Assembly: GCA_964016885.1 (NCBI GenBank)
Contig: OZ024742.1
Coordinates: 95,790,001-95,854,000 of the forward strand
From: Eledone cirrhosa
Taxonomy: Eukaryota
Direction of reading: 5' to 3'
Length of the DNA stretch: 64,000 nt
Part shown: in pieces, positions 26,695 to 40,705 of the stretch
Numbering within the stretch: position 1 is the stretch's first letter
Layout: each line of letters opens with the position of its first letter
Notes under the pieces: generated by a model
Seen by the model: the letters and a program-made list of their open reading frames with translations, nothing else
The model's database searches: none
Told to the model about the DNA's origin: nothing
Program-made: the position numbers and the translations under genes

Positions 26695-27207
26695 AATATT
26701 CGGTTTGTTTATATGTAAACAGCCTCATAAAACACCACATGGTAGATGACAACGTCATTCCTTTCTTCCAGCGGTAGCTGAGAGAAAACAATCAACAATT
26801 GATAATTGTTAATTGTTTCGGAGTACCTTGCTCCTTGTCAAGATTGTGTATTTTCTCGTTTCCACTATCCAAATACACTTTGGTATCCACCTCATTAAGA
26901 GTGAAAACAAATTTTGTTATTTAATTATAGGCAAAGCCGGTAATAAAATCGCTTGGTATGCAAATGAGGCTAATCAGCCAATGTATACATTTGAGAATAC
27001 TATGTATTCTCAACAGTTCCAGCGGATAGCAGAGATGAGAGAATACACAATCTTGACAAAGAGCAAGACACTCCAAAACAATTAACAATCGTCCATTGTC
27101 AATTTTTTCCTCTCAGCTACCGCTGGAACAAAATAATGATGTCATCATCTCTACCACGTGGTATTTTATGAGGCTGTTTACTAGTAATCAAACTGAATAT
27201 TAATAAT
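26690..27207. mobile_element. MITE / fold-back element with about 175-bp imperfect TIRs
   Basis: 26690-26870 is the imperfect reverse complement of 27025-27207 (e.g. GTAAACAGCCTCATAAAA / TTTTATGAGGCTGTTTAC; CCAGCGGTAGCTGAGAG / CTCTCAGCTACCGCTGG). Confidence 0.85.
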
Positions 27208-27212
27208 ATTCT

Positions 27213-27398
27213 GATGGCAGTATCAGTAGAAGATCAGACGCCATGCTTTACTGCATAGAGTTACGCCCATTTACGGTCTGAGTTCAAATCCCGCTGAAGT
27301 TAACATTGCCTTTCATCCTTACAGGGTCAATGAAATAAAGTACAAGTAATGTACTGGGATAGTTGCTGGCCTTGTGCCACAAGCAGAAACAACTATTA
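27213..27398 (+). mobile_element. SINE family A copy
   Basis: Consensus match ending GCAGAAACAACTATTAT. Confidence 0.85.
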
Positions 27399-28600
27399 TA
27401 ATATTATTGTTATTTACTCACGAATACACTTAGGGTATCCAGCATATTGAGAGAGAAAACAAATTTTGTTTTATATATATATATGTATATATACATACAT
27501 ACACACACTGATATATATATTTTAGAGAGAGAGTTAGATAGATAAATAGATAGATAGACATTCAATGTATTACGTTTGTTAATTATATTTTACATGGGTG
27601 AAAACTACAAGGATTCTGTGTTAAAGCTAAAGTATATGATTAAATTAGGTTTTTTACTTGTTTCATTTATGCTATTGCTTCTCTTTTCTTTCTTGATTTT
27701 TCCAATTTCTTGATATTGGGACATTTTGTCTTCTGTTGATTCCATCAAACAGGACACTGTCACTTGTGTATTCACTTTTGTTGACAATGTTTCACCCCCA
27801 AAAAACACTTTGGTCTTTTAATAACTTTCATTTGGATGCAGTAAGTAATTGACTGTTATGTGTAGGGGAAGATTCTACCACATGCAAGTACATAAGACAC
27901 AACTAGAAAACTAGAAAATCACTAACATGCCTGTGTGTCATTGAATGTTTGAGGCACCGCTATGTTGGTATGGAGTTTGCAACAATGTGGTTTGGGGCTC
28001 ATTTCCACATGTTTACTCTTTAATCAGTCGATATTAGAAATTGGAAAAAGAGGCAATTTTGAAAAAAGAACAAAAATAGATAGATAAATAATTAAAAAAT
28101 AGATAAATAAATAAAAAAATATATATTAATAAAAAATAAACATAGATAAATATAAAATACAAAGATGAAAAATTCTAGTAGATAAATAAATAAAGGAATA
28201 TATAATATATAAATAAATATAAAAAATAGATAAATAAAGTGTAAATAGATAAAAAGTTAAATACATAAATATATAAGGAATATATATATAGATATATATA
28301 CATAGTAATATGCCTGAAATATTCCTAAAAATGTTATATTAAGAAGAATGTAAAAACATATGCTACATTTCTGACAAGGTGATAATGTCTTCGATTCTGG
28401 GCTTGTTTGTTAAAAAAAATGCATTAAGATGATATACAATAATGATGTCGATGTTGGATAGGAATTCTTTTATTGATTCAATATATTGATGACAGTACAA
28501 TGACAAAATATAAAAATAGTATCGATTTACATAGAGTAAAATAGTGAAAACTACAATATACAAATAACTATGATAATGTTAGTAATGACAATATTAATAA

Positions 28601-29110
28601 TGGTTTTCACTTTTGGCACAAGACCAGCAATTACCCCAGTGCATTACTGGTGCTTCATTTTATCGAACCCATAAAGATGAAAGGCAAATTTAATTTCTGC
28701 GGGATTTGAACTCAGAATGTAAAGGGCCATAACTCTATGCTGCAAAGCATGGTGTCTGACACTCTACTGATACTGATAATCCACTGCCTATGATAATAAT
28801 AATAATTGTTTCTACTTTTGGCACAAGGCCAGCAATTACCTAGTGCATTACTGGTACTTTATTTTATCGACCCCGTAAGGATGAAAGGCAAAGTTAACCT
28901 CGGCGGGATTTGAACTCAGATCATACAGGGAGGTAACTCTATGCTTCAAAGCATGGCGTCCGACCCTCTACCGATACTGCCAATCCACCGCCTTATGATA
29001 ATAATAATAATGGTTTCTAATTTAGGCACAAGACCAGACATTTGAAAGGGTGGAAACAGATACTATATTTTATCAAACCCTGAAGAATGAAAGGAAAAGT
29101 TGACACAAAC
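28601..29110 (-). mobile_element. three head-to-tail SINE family A copies
   Basis: Units separated by TATGATAATAATAAT. Confidence 0.88.
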
Positions 29111-29189
29111 CCACAATTCATTAGCACTAGCTGATAGCAGACAGAACAGTTTCATAGCCCTCTGTACATCTTGGACATATTTGGCTGTT

Positions 29190-30790
29190 GGCACTTCCAT
29201 ACCAGAAGAGCTTGTCACAAACTGGCTGTGCCCTGCTGTAGTACTGCCATGTCAAAAAAGTTTGGAAACTGTCCATAATTTCTCCAAAAGAGCATCTTCA
29301 AACTGTCCTTATCAACATTTGGAGCTGCTCTCAAGCCATCGTCGCTCATACCTTCCACTAACACTCTATAGTACTCTTTGCTGAAACTCACCAATACTGC
29401 TCTAATTTTTCTTTTTACTGCAATCCCCACCTGTTGTTTATTATAACACCCATTAGTTCCCATTTCACTAATTCACTAGTCCAGTCCTTGGTTTCTTTCC
29501 ACACCAGGAAGGACACATTCAGTTTCGAGTAACTAGGGCCCTGTCTATTAGTTTGTTCTAATTTGACTGTACAGGTCTTAAATTTGTGATCTATATAACC
29601 AACTACCCAAAACTGTTGACAACTCACATCTATTCTATCTGCAACTCTAATGAAAACTCTATCTAAATATGAACTGGATGACCCACTGTGATTTGTCAAA
29701 TTCCACATTGGCACATTCAGGAAATCCAGATAAACCTATCAGATAGATGGAAGTGCTGTCTTGTCAGATACTCCACCGTATAATCCCTATTTGCATCTAG
29801 AATTCCATTCCAAAGACCCACTGATAATAATGAATGAGATGTTCCCAGGAAAGTCTCTAAACATCTAAAGAAGTATTGTCTTCTAGCTCCTATTGGAGCA
29901 TAAACAGTCACAAGTCTGAAATACTCTCACCTCCTTCACTGCTGCTCACATCCAGGACAACTGACCTACCTACTAGGTCCAGGAAAACCATTCTTACCTT
30001 TGAGTTCAATCCTGTCCAAAAGATTACTACTACACCACTCAAACTCAGCTGACTACAAGAAACATAGGCTTTGGAGTCTTCCAGGAGGCGAGATAGCGAC
30101 TGCATATCGGAAATCCTGGTCTCTTCAATGGCTACCACATCCCATCCAGGCACAATGCCCTGAGGTCATTCAGCAGGTGCCCCTGCTTCTACTTTGACTT
30201 GGCACAACATACATTTATGCAACATATTCTGAGTAGGACCATTCAAAAAGGAAGAGAAAACAAAATAAAATGAGGGTAGGTTACTTACCCTCTTTTTGTG
30301 GCAGTCCTCTTTAGCAAACCAGATTGAGAGTACACGATGCCTCCCTGAAGCACTTACAACTTTTCTTTAAGTCATCTACGTCATATGGAAATCCAGATAT
30401 TGTTTGGATAAGCAGTCTGCCTGCCTTTGTTTTGGGGAGCAATTCATTTAATTCTGCTCTATCTCTTGCAATGTCTTTGTGTTTTTATATGAAACACATT
30501 AACTCAGAGTTATCCTTACGAATAGCCATAAAGTTGTGGAAGGTTGTTTATTGTAACTATTTCATTGTATTTTGATGTTGCTGTTGGTGCCATTTCTGGG
30601 ATGCTTTACATTTATGTATATTTTGCTGTTGTAGTGGTTTTAACAGTTGTTCCTTTTCTTGCCATTGTATTCCCTCCTGCTCTGTCACGTTACCTTGTTC
30701 TTCCTCCTGTTAGTCATTTGGCTGCTCTTTCAGCTAGCTCTGTTGCTGTTATGGTAGTCATACATTTAAATTTAAAAGCAAATCTTGAAA
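29190..30790 (-). mobile_element. old Tx1 fragment (copy C): end of ORF1, spacer, APE domain
   Basis: DVVAIEETRIS, VYAPIG..LETFLGTSHSL, WNLTNHSGSSSSYLDRVF, DHKF..GPSYSKLN. The right boundary is approximate. Confidence 0.85.
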
Positions 30791-30879
30791 ATTGCAAAAG
30801 TGCAAGCTAATATTATCTGAAAGATTAGAATGAGATTGATGTGAAGTATGGGAAAACTTATGAAGTGTAATATTGTGAA

Positions 30880-31334
30880 CAATAACAAAAGAAGACAACA
30901 ATAACAACAGAAACGACCAAAACAACAGTTGAACATAGTAACTAAAGCAATAACAATAACAATAATTACAGTAACAACAGAAGACAACAACAACAAAAGT
31001 AACAACAATCAACAATAGTAGCAATGAAAGCAGAAGGCAACCACAACAGCAACAAAAATAACAATAACAATAACAATTGCTAGGATTATATAGTATTAGA
31101 TTGAGAATATATCAAAGATGAAAGAGAAGTAAGAACAAGGAAAAGAAGGAGGAGGAGGAGGACACCTATCGCCACCAACATCACTATTATCAATATCATC
31201 ATTAGCACTGCCAACAACACCATCATCATCATCAATATCAGTACCACCACTACCACCACCAACACCATTATCGCAAACAATGTCCTAAAACTTCTGGAGA
31301 CACAGTTGGAGGAGGAGAGGAGGAGGGGGAGGAC

Positions 31335-31377
<43 letters not shown>

Positions 31378-32075
31378 GGGAGGAGGAGAAGGGGAGGGGT
31401 GGTGATGATGATGATGATGGGGAGGAGGAGAAGACTTGGAGTCTGGAAACTATAAGAGAGTGAAGAATAAAACCTGGGAACACAACAGTGATGATGATGT
31501 TACTGCTGCTGCAAGTGGTGATGGTGATACTGCTGATGTTGTTGCTGATGATGTCAATGATAATAGTGATGGCAGTCATATTGATGATGATGATGGCATC
31601 AACGACAATGGTTTTGATGGTGGTGTGATAATAAATAATGATGGTCTTGATCATGATGGTGATGAGGATGATAGTGACAATGATAATGATATTGGTATTG
31701 GAGGTGGTATTGGAGGTGGTATTGGAGGTGGTGGTGGTGGTGGTGGTGGTGATGTCGACGAGGGTGAAGGCAATGATGCTGGTGATGGTGACAATGATGA
31801 TAGTGAGTGTGTTGGTGGTAGTGGGGGTGGTAATGATGATAATGGTGCCAATGGTGGTGATGTTTGTGCCTATGTGGGGCTGCGTGTGTGTGTGTGTGTG
31901 TGTGACAATAATGATGATAATAGTGATGCTGGAGGTTGTGATGGTGATGATATCAATGATGGTGATGACAACTACACTGGTTGTGTAGGTGTTGCTGTAG
32001 GTGGGTGCGGAAGTTATGATGGTGATTGTGCTGCTGTTGTTGTTGAAGATGGTGTTGGGAATGGAAATGAGGAAA

Positions 32076-32111
<36 letters not shown>

Positions 32112-32118
32112 GTGGTGG

Positions 32119-32149
<31 letters not shown>

Positions 32150-32580
32150 GGTGGTGGTGGTGATGATGATGATGATGATGGTGGTGATCGTGATGATGAT
32201 GATGATGATGGTGATGGTGGTGATGATGGTGATGATGATGATGATAATGATAATGATGATGATGATGGTGGTGATGGTGATGGTGATGGTGGTGATGATG
32301 ATGATGATGATGATGGTGATGGTGGTGATGATGATGATGATGATGGTGATGGTGGTGAAGATGATGATGGTGATGGTGGTGATGATGATGATGATGATGA
32401 TGATGGTGATGGTGGTGATGATGATGATGATGATGGTGATGGTGGTGAAGATGATGATGGTGATGGTGATGATGATGGTGATGATGATGATGATGATGAT
32501 GATGGTGATGATGATGGTGGTGATGGCGATGATGATGATTATGATGCCGATGATGATGATGATGATGATAGCAGCAAATA
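30880..32580. repeat. compound trinucleotide simple-repeat tract (AAC, GAG, GAT, GGT)
   Basis: Nearly pure (GAT/GGT)n at 32078-32570; produces the spurious poly-D/G and poly-M/V ORFs. Confidence 0.92.
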
Positions 32581-33092
32581 TAACAAGGTGATGAATCTAT
32601 ACCCAGAAGTTTAATTTAAAATCTTGAGCAAGAATATTGCTTAAGAGTTAAAAACATGTCAGCAAGAGTATTTATTGACTAATATAAGAACTGGTGGCAG
32701 TAGGTGTGGAAATATGTGAATATATACATGTATGCTTCTGTGTGCATATACAAATATATACCTATGTATGTAAGTGTGTGTGAGTAATATTGTTTCCGTA
32801 TATGTTTGTATACATATATACATACCCATGTGTGTAAATATGTGAGTGTGTGTGGCTTATAATAGATATATAAATATACGTGTGCATATGAATATATATA
32901 TATATACATATGTATATGTAAGTGTGTATGGTTAATGGCGTGTGCGCATAGATGTGTGTACATAGAAATACATGAACATATATAAATGAGTATATCTCTA
33001 TATGTGTTAATGTGAGGGTGCTTTCAAATATATTTACATACATGTATATATGAAAGTCAGTGTGTATAAATATATATATATATATACATGTG

Positions 33093-33139
<47 letters not shown>

Positions 33140-33496
33140 GTGTCTCTATATGTGTGTGTGTGTGTGTATGTGTGTATGTATGTGTGTGTGTAGGGTGTGT
33201 GTTATTTGCTATGTAATGTAGTGTGGCTGTAAGTCTACTCTCGGCATTGTTGTAAGCTATTCAGGGAAAGCGTACATCACAGCTTATTAAAATTTTAAGT
33301 TTGTAAATCTTCGCTCTTTTTCAATATAAAACATAATAAAACTGTATTATATTGAAGCCTAATCTCACTCATTCTATGGTGCACTGTTGACCTGTTCCCC
33401 CACCCTAAGCCACAATCTCTGCCAGAATATACATACATAAATAGTATTATATATATATATATATAATGTATACATGTATATATATGTATATAATGT

Positions 33497-33557
33497 ATAC
33501 ATACATACATACATACATACATACATACATACATACATACATACATACATACATACA

Positions 33558-33585
<28 letters not shown>
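33497..33585. repeat. (TACA)n microsatellite
   Basis: Perfect tetranucleotide run. Confidence 0.95.
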
Positions 33586-33593
<8 letters not shown>

Positions 33594-33849
33594 TGTCTGT
33601 GTGTGTGTGACTGTACATATATATGTATACATTTATAATGTTGAAAAGTACTAGTGCTAGGTCCATGATAAAAAGCACATGATACACACATGATGTGGTT
33701 GGCATTAGGAAGAGCATCCACCCATAGAAATCATGCCAGAATATAGCCTATAAGTGAGACACAGTCATCTGACCTGTCTAGCCTCAGAACCTAACAACCT
33801 GTCTAACCCATGAAAACATGAAACATAGATTTAAAACAGTAATGTATGA

Positions 33850-34260
33850 TATGTGCCATGAGTTATGGGAAAGAAGATATGGGGCATGAATTACAGAGAA
33901 GGCTCAAAAGAATGAAAATGTAAATGTTTCAGTGAATGAATAGAGTATTGCACATAGAAAGAAAGGCTAGCAATGAATTGCAAAGTATGAAAAGAGTTGA
34001 GTCAGTGATGAATGTTGTGAAGAGAAATGAAATGAGATGGCTAGGTCATGTGTCAAGGAAGAAGAAAATGACAGCAGGAGGGGGGGGGGGGGTGATGAAA
34101 ATGGTCATAGAAGTAGAAGGGGCAAAACCAAAAAAGACATGGCTAAAGATGAAGGTAGAGGAAATGAAAACCAGGTGGTTAGTAAAGAATAATGTAGACA
34201 ATATGGTAAAAACACAGAAGGGCCCACAAGGCTAGCTCTTGTTATGGAAAATGAATTTAA
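33850..34260 (+). mobile_element. decayed RTE 3' fragment
   Basis: MRWLGHVSRK...GAKPKKTW in ORF 33936-34235. Confidence 0.65.
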
Positions 34261-35199
34261 AATGTTTCTTGTTCTTATGCCTGTAAATCTTTAGTGACTT
34301 GGATCCATAAAATCAATAAAATTCATGCAAACATACAAACATATTTTCTGGGATAATTCAAAATGTAGGTAATGTGAAACGAGGCTTTTGATTGGCCAGA
34401 AAGTCGCTTGGATATTTCTGTAAAAAACGAAAACAACTAGTGACCAATAGATTGGCCACTGTTATTGTCGGAACTACAATGTTTTGACTTATAATTTACA
34501 TGTTCAACTGGTTAACAAATAAAGTCCAAATAAAGTCAAATATAATATCAAAGACCAGGTCATAAAATGAACATTAATAGAATTTAGTATATGGTGATAT
34601 GTTATTGATATAATTAATGAGGGTGATTTCAAATTTATGCCCAAGTCAAACAATTTGGGAGGAAGGGAAATTTGATTGAACTGACCCCAGTACTTAACCG
34701 GTATTTTATTTTATCGAACCCCCCAGAAATGAAAAACAAAGTTGATGTCATTGGAATTTAAACTCAGAATGGAAGAGCCAGCCCAAGTTACACAGACTAT
34801 TTTGTCTGACACTCTAACAATTTTGCCAGTGTACCATCCTATTGATAAAAGTAATAATAAGAAAATAAAAGTGAATATAACAATGCACATGCGATTTCAA
34901 TAAAGAATTTAACATTCCTATGATGCAGCTAGAATTTCCCATGATGTAATTGCAAAGGGAATTTATTTATAGTGTTATACATTGATAAGCAAGAAAGAAG
35001 AAAATGACCCAGAAAACAAACTTTTGATTTATATTGTATGAAATACAGCAGCTTTATTTCTCTAGAGAGCAACTACATCACTCTCTTTAAGCTGAAATTC
35101 TGCATGTTTTTGAGTTCTGAAGTTTTTAAAGAGAATGCTTAACAATAAAGTTTGGATGACCAGTGCTTGAAATGCTGATCATACAAGATGAAGTGAAAT

Positions 35200-38100
35200 G
35201 TGAACCAAGATAACATATATGGTTATACTTGGAATCTAAAAAGACTTGTGGTTTACATTGGCAGAATTTAATTGTCAGAAGAGTTCCAAGATAGCAGCAC
35301 TTTTATATATTTTCTCTCTCAGAGATGTCTGAAATATGACATTAGATTTTTTCACTCCTCTTGGCACATCCACTTATTAAACTTTTCTACAAACACTCTT
35401 TTGTCATATATACACCATATTATATCTGCTTGAATTTGTTGTGTTCATTTCAAGTCATCCTGATCATCAGTTTTATGTACATTTTCTGTGCTTTCTTTGG
35501 TTTAGTTGTTTTCTTCATCACAAATGTTCTCCACTTGTTGCATTGTTTCATCTTCCCCTCTGTGAAATTTAGCTCTTGCCAGTTCTGCCACTGTTTCTAT
35601 TCATATTTATCTAAAATCTTCCAATGAAAAGGTTATATGGCTAAAATTACTCTATGACATAACTGCTTCAGTTTTAATACTATTATGCATTTATGTATAT
35701 GTATTGTCACACCTATGACAGAGTTTCCAATAAAACAATCTGCCTTCTCTTGCATTGTTTTCTGGGCAGGCATCTTATATTCACTAATAATGTGGTTTGT
35801 TGTCTCACCATTTTCTGCATCTCTTGCAAAGATAGCTTCCCAGGATTCTGCTTCAAATATATTTGTGTTGCCTTTTTAATCATTCCAAGTGCACTGACTA
35901 TCATTGGTATTGTACAGGCTTTAAGATGCCACATTTTCTCAATTTCAGTTTTCAGATTTTTATATTTACTGAGCTTTTGGAACTATCTTGAGGAGATGTT
36001 ACATTCTAATGGAATGCTTATGTCAATTAAGGAGCATGTTTTTTTATGGTCCTTTCTAATTAGCTAGGGTCTATTGGCTTTGATGTTGTTCACAAGAATC
36101 TCCCATAGATGTGTTACATTCATGCCTCCTACTACTGCATCTGGGTTATACTTGTATAATTTTTCCCCTGTTTTGATACCATAAAACCTGCATATTACCC
36201 CCCAGTGTACATATTAACCTACTTCATCATGCCTAGTTTTATACTCCTGGGAAACTGATACTTTGCAGCTTAAAACCAGGAAATCAGTAGTCTGAACTTG
36301 TTCATTGCAAAATCAAAGCTTTGGGTGAGTTCCATTTCTGATCACAATGGCTTAAAGATTGCATGGTGTTAAAAGACACTGGTCTTGTGCAGCCAAACTA
36401 AAGCCCTCGTTCTCTGAAACCAATGATGGGTGAGAGTTTGATCTACATCATGTTCTTTGCTATGGAGAACATGCTGCCCAAACAGTAGTTTTAGCTCCCA
36501 TTTAACACACAATTTCCAATGAATTTCAAGATCTTTGCAGCCTTAATTGCAGAATTACCAACATTTTCGAAATGTATTCCCAATACTTCCACAAAATTCC
36601 TACTTTTCTTTGTGATTAAATGTAGATTTTTCCTCCTTTCATGATCTGCAACCGTTTCCATCATCCAGTCATTTCATGTTTTAAGGTATTGTTTGAGTCC
36701 AATGGTTGATATTTTATATGACAGCTCAAGCTGGATCATTCCTGTACCTCTGCTTTGTCTAGGGAGATAGAGGTGATCCACATCTGCTTTGGGATGATGG
36801 AGAGTATTGCAGGTCAGAACTTTCCTGACTTTTATCTCCATTCTCTTTTTTCAATAATGTTCCAATTTCTGATGTTGAAACTATAGATGACAACAACTTG
36901 GATTGCAAAAGCATTTATAGCAGATGTCTTTTTCTTTGCATTGAGCTCAGTTTTCAAAACAGTACATACTCCCCAGTAGCATTCCTTCTTGATTTTCTCT
37001 TTGATGGTGGCATGGTAAATACCTTGGCCTTCATTGATCCCTAGATATCTATGGGCTTGTTCTTGTTCCAGTTCCATAATTGTTGTATTCACATCTATTT
37101 CCATCGAATTTGTGCTCATCATTCTGACTTTCATGAATGTTGCTTTTGCACATTTGTCCTGTCCAAACTCCATCCCTATATCATTGCTGAACACCTGTGT
37201 TCAACAGTCATTTTAATTTGTTGTCATTTTGGGCATTCAGTTTCAAGTCAGCCAGGTGATTTATGGTTTTGCCATATATTTTGTAATCATGTTTTTTATT
37301 GTTGAGCTCTAAAGTCAAAAGTAAGAGTACAATACAAATTATAAAAGAAAAAAACAAATTACCTTGAAAAATACCACAGTTCATGCTTATACTGCTGGAA
37401 TTTATAATTCCATCAGTCATCATGATCATCATTTTACGTCCGCTATAGATACATGTATTTCATAATGTTGCTGGGAAATTTTCTGAACATCCAATCTTTT
37501 CAAAATCCACGAGTGGGAAACACTGTCAAATGCTTTTTATAGTCAATCCCATCATTACTCAAACTCCTGTACTTGTTATGACAGTATTCCAGAATCATAT
37601 GATTAATGAGAAGTGGGTCTTTACATCTCTATGACCCAGAACAAGAACCATTCTGCTCAATAGTGAAAAGACGATTTTCGTTCAATCAATTTTGAGGTGA
37701 CGATTTTGTATGATATTGATAGGCAAGTGTAAGGGTGATAATTATTTGTAATAATTGTTTCTATCAACTTTGTGTAAACCAATCAGGAGTTTTCTCAGGG
37801 TTGTGCAAAATCATTTTATAATATTTTACCTATGTATCATGAGTAACAGTTAGAGAAGATAACCAGAAGTTTAACAATGCTAGGAGTTTTGTATTTACTG
37901 ACTTTCTTTAGTGCTAGCTCCACTTCTTCCATAGTTATGTCTTGCCTTACCTGCCTTTCTAAATTATTGTATGTTTCTTTCTATTCTGTATTCTCATTAT
38001 GAGATTTGTCTGTACTCCATACTGTTTTTCAAAATTCTTCAATCTCATAAATTGAAGAAAGTTCCTTTACTTGAATTGTCTGTTTGCCAATTTTCCTTTT

Positions 38101-39240
38101 GGCACCTGACATAAACAGCTTATTTTGCCTGTAAAACCTATTTTACTTTTCAAATCTTCTAATATTTTGAGATTTCAGCTGTACTTTCTGTTTCAGGGTT
38201 TCTTTGATTGATGGAATATCCGAGTTTAAAGTTACTATTTCTATATTTTAATCACCTTCCTTCCTTTTCTCGTTTTGACAGATTTCCCAGCATATTTCTC
38301 TCCTCATTATTCCAATTTCGTTTTCATATTTTTTCTTTTTCCTAAGTGTTTTGTTATGAGTATCCTTTATGCTTCTTCCTTAACCACCTTTCCTTTCTAT
38401 TACCATTGCTTCTGCATAAATAGCCTCATTCAGTTCTGATATATCAGGCCCCCACCTCTTCAATTATTGCTTTAACAGCCGGATTTCCAATTCCCATGTG
38501 TCTTTTTTTCTAGTTGTTGTTTGCCAGTTTTTGCAATGACTATCTTTCACCCATACTATTTTTTTATATTTTTCCAACTTTATTGAGATTTTCTTGTTTT
38601 GTTTGTTCTATCCAAACTTTATATTCATGAGTAAAAATATTCTCATCTATATTGTCAATCTGTCTTTCAGTTTGATCCTGCTCTCTTGTATTTCTGATGC
38701 TTTGAATTTTTTTGTGAAATTTCTTCTGGTGACAACACAGTCAATAAGTTTGTGATGTCTCTTCTGTCACATTCTTTTCTATTCCTTTCTGATATTGCTA
38801 TTCTGCAATCTTTTTCAACATTCTTCTTAATTTCATTTAACTCTTGTTACTCTCTTGTTCTTAAGAATATCCCTTATTTATAATCTTCTCAACTCCATTT
38901 AACATGTTTAGTATTTTGTCTTCCTTGAGGTGCTGAACTTGGAGCACTTGGGTTGAGATTATTCTCGTTTAATTGACCAGTCAAGTCCATATTTCAAGAA
39001 GAACTTGTGTCAGCTGCAGACTTTTCAGCCCTAGTCTGATTGCTCCCTGAGTAATACGGTACTTATTGACCCAGTTGACAACTGATCTGGTATGTGTTTT
39101 TGTCTGTAGACATTGTTAGGATTTTCATTTTTTACTGCCAAGGAGTAATTTTGTTTACAATATCACTTCTAGAATGCTTACCAACCAAGACTACTGAGCT
39201 CATCCTGTCCTTAAGACTTAGCTGTTTCCCACCGGATGTC
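35200..39240 (-). mobile_element. old, heavily decayed R4/Dong-like RLE retrotransposon
   Basis: CGIFQG, INHLADLKL, FSNDIGMEFGQDKCAK, YLGINEG, AINAFAI, IPMIVSALGMIKK all on the minus strand in the expected order; boundaries approximate. Confidence 0.82.
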
Positions 39241-40705
39241 AATCATATATTTCTTGGGTGTGGGTTTTATTATTTGAGCTTCCCTTAATGTTTTCTTCAA
39301 GTAAATTGTTTGCTGTTGATAAAGACATCATTAGTACTACCACCACCACTACCACTATTACTATCATTATTGCTATTGATATTATTGTTGTAACTATTAA
39401 TATTGCTGTTGTTTTTCCCTTGTGGCTACCTTCTTTAGCCACAGAATAGAGATTGACAAAGTTAAGCTTGCTGGCTTTGCTGCTATCACTATGTATGGAT
39501 GGCCGACAGGTTAACATATGTAACTGACATTTTCTCATCAAAATTTAAGCTAGCCATTTTGAAATTTTTTGAAAGTTCTTAGAAAAGAATTTGGAACAGG
39601 CTGCAAGAATGCATTCCATGATGGAAAATATATGTGACCTCTACAGTACTTGCCTGGATACTTATGGATACAAATGGTAAAAACATGGGCCAACTGTGGT
39701 TGGTGTGAATAAGCAAATTTGGACAAAAACTTACTCCCAAATGAACCAGCATGTCCTTCTTCTTCTTCTTCTTCTTCTTTTTCTTCTTCTTCTTCTTCTT
39801 CTTCTTCTTCAACCATGTCTCCAGAAGTATTAGGACATTTTTTGTTCATTACATTCCACTATCGTGTTATTGTTTTCTTTTTTGTGTGTGGTGTAGGTGG
39901 AGGTGAGGCTGATACTGATGATGATGGTGATAATGATGGTGTTGATCTTGATGAATACCACGTTACATGGCGTGAGCAGCGGCGCCGCTTGCTGGTACTG
40001 CTAGGGGAGGTTGGGTAAAAGGAGAGGCAGCCCATCGGGCTTTTGTAGCCTCAGTACCCCCCACCCCCGTAAATTCTATATAGCATTGGCCGAAAACGCA
40101 ATACCAGCTAAAATTATAGCAGCTGTTTTAGACACTAGTCTTTTCATTATTTTTTTTAATTTTATTTTTTAATATTATTTTTTACTTATTATTTTTTTAT
40201 TTTAATATATTGACGTTTTAATTTGTTAATTTTATAACTTCCCACTCTTAGATTCCTCTAGAATTCTTTTTTCGCCTGCTTTCTAGCTAGCCTAATTCAT
40301 CCACACTCCTTAGAATTTGCTGTATAGAATTCACTTTCAACGCTTGAGCGGCTTAACCCACTCTCTCATTGTTCTACAGGCAAGTTCAGCCACCAACCAC
40401 CATGAAAGATTTAAATGTGTTTACAAGAAATTTTGATCAATCCTTTTAACAACTACAATTTTCAGAAATGCATGATTATCGCACTCCCATATATGGAATT
40501 GCCCCTTGAAAAGTTCAGCTATTTACTACTATGCTAAAATCTAATTTAGTCAAGAAATAGACGTCGAAATGACTTGAGCTCTGGCGTCGGGGTCTTGAAC
40601 ATTTTCCTATTACCCACTCTACTACCCAAAGTATTGAGTACTCTGGTGTGTTATGGTCCACCTGGTTCCTTATCACACTTCCTTTGTTATATATATATAT
40701 ATATA

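Noticed and set aside
27605-27850. Possible host exon (67-aa ORF; GTAAGT at 27841)
   Set aside because: The ORF and donor are on opposite strands, and there is no recognisable protein or consistent acceptor.
31436-32614. 392-aa Asp/Gly-rich ORF as an acidic biomineralisation-type protein
   Set aside because: It is a (GAT/GGT)n microsatellite that is stop-free by construction, lacks an ATG start and signal peptide, and runs through a (GT)n repeat.
40500-40585. Hammerhead-like CTTGAAAA...CTATTT/AAATAG...CGAAAT
   Set aside because: The core deviates from CTGANGA and stems I and III could not be drawn.
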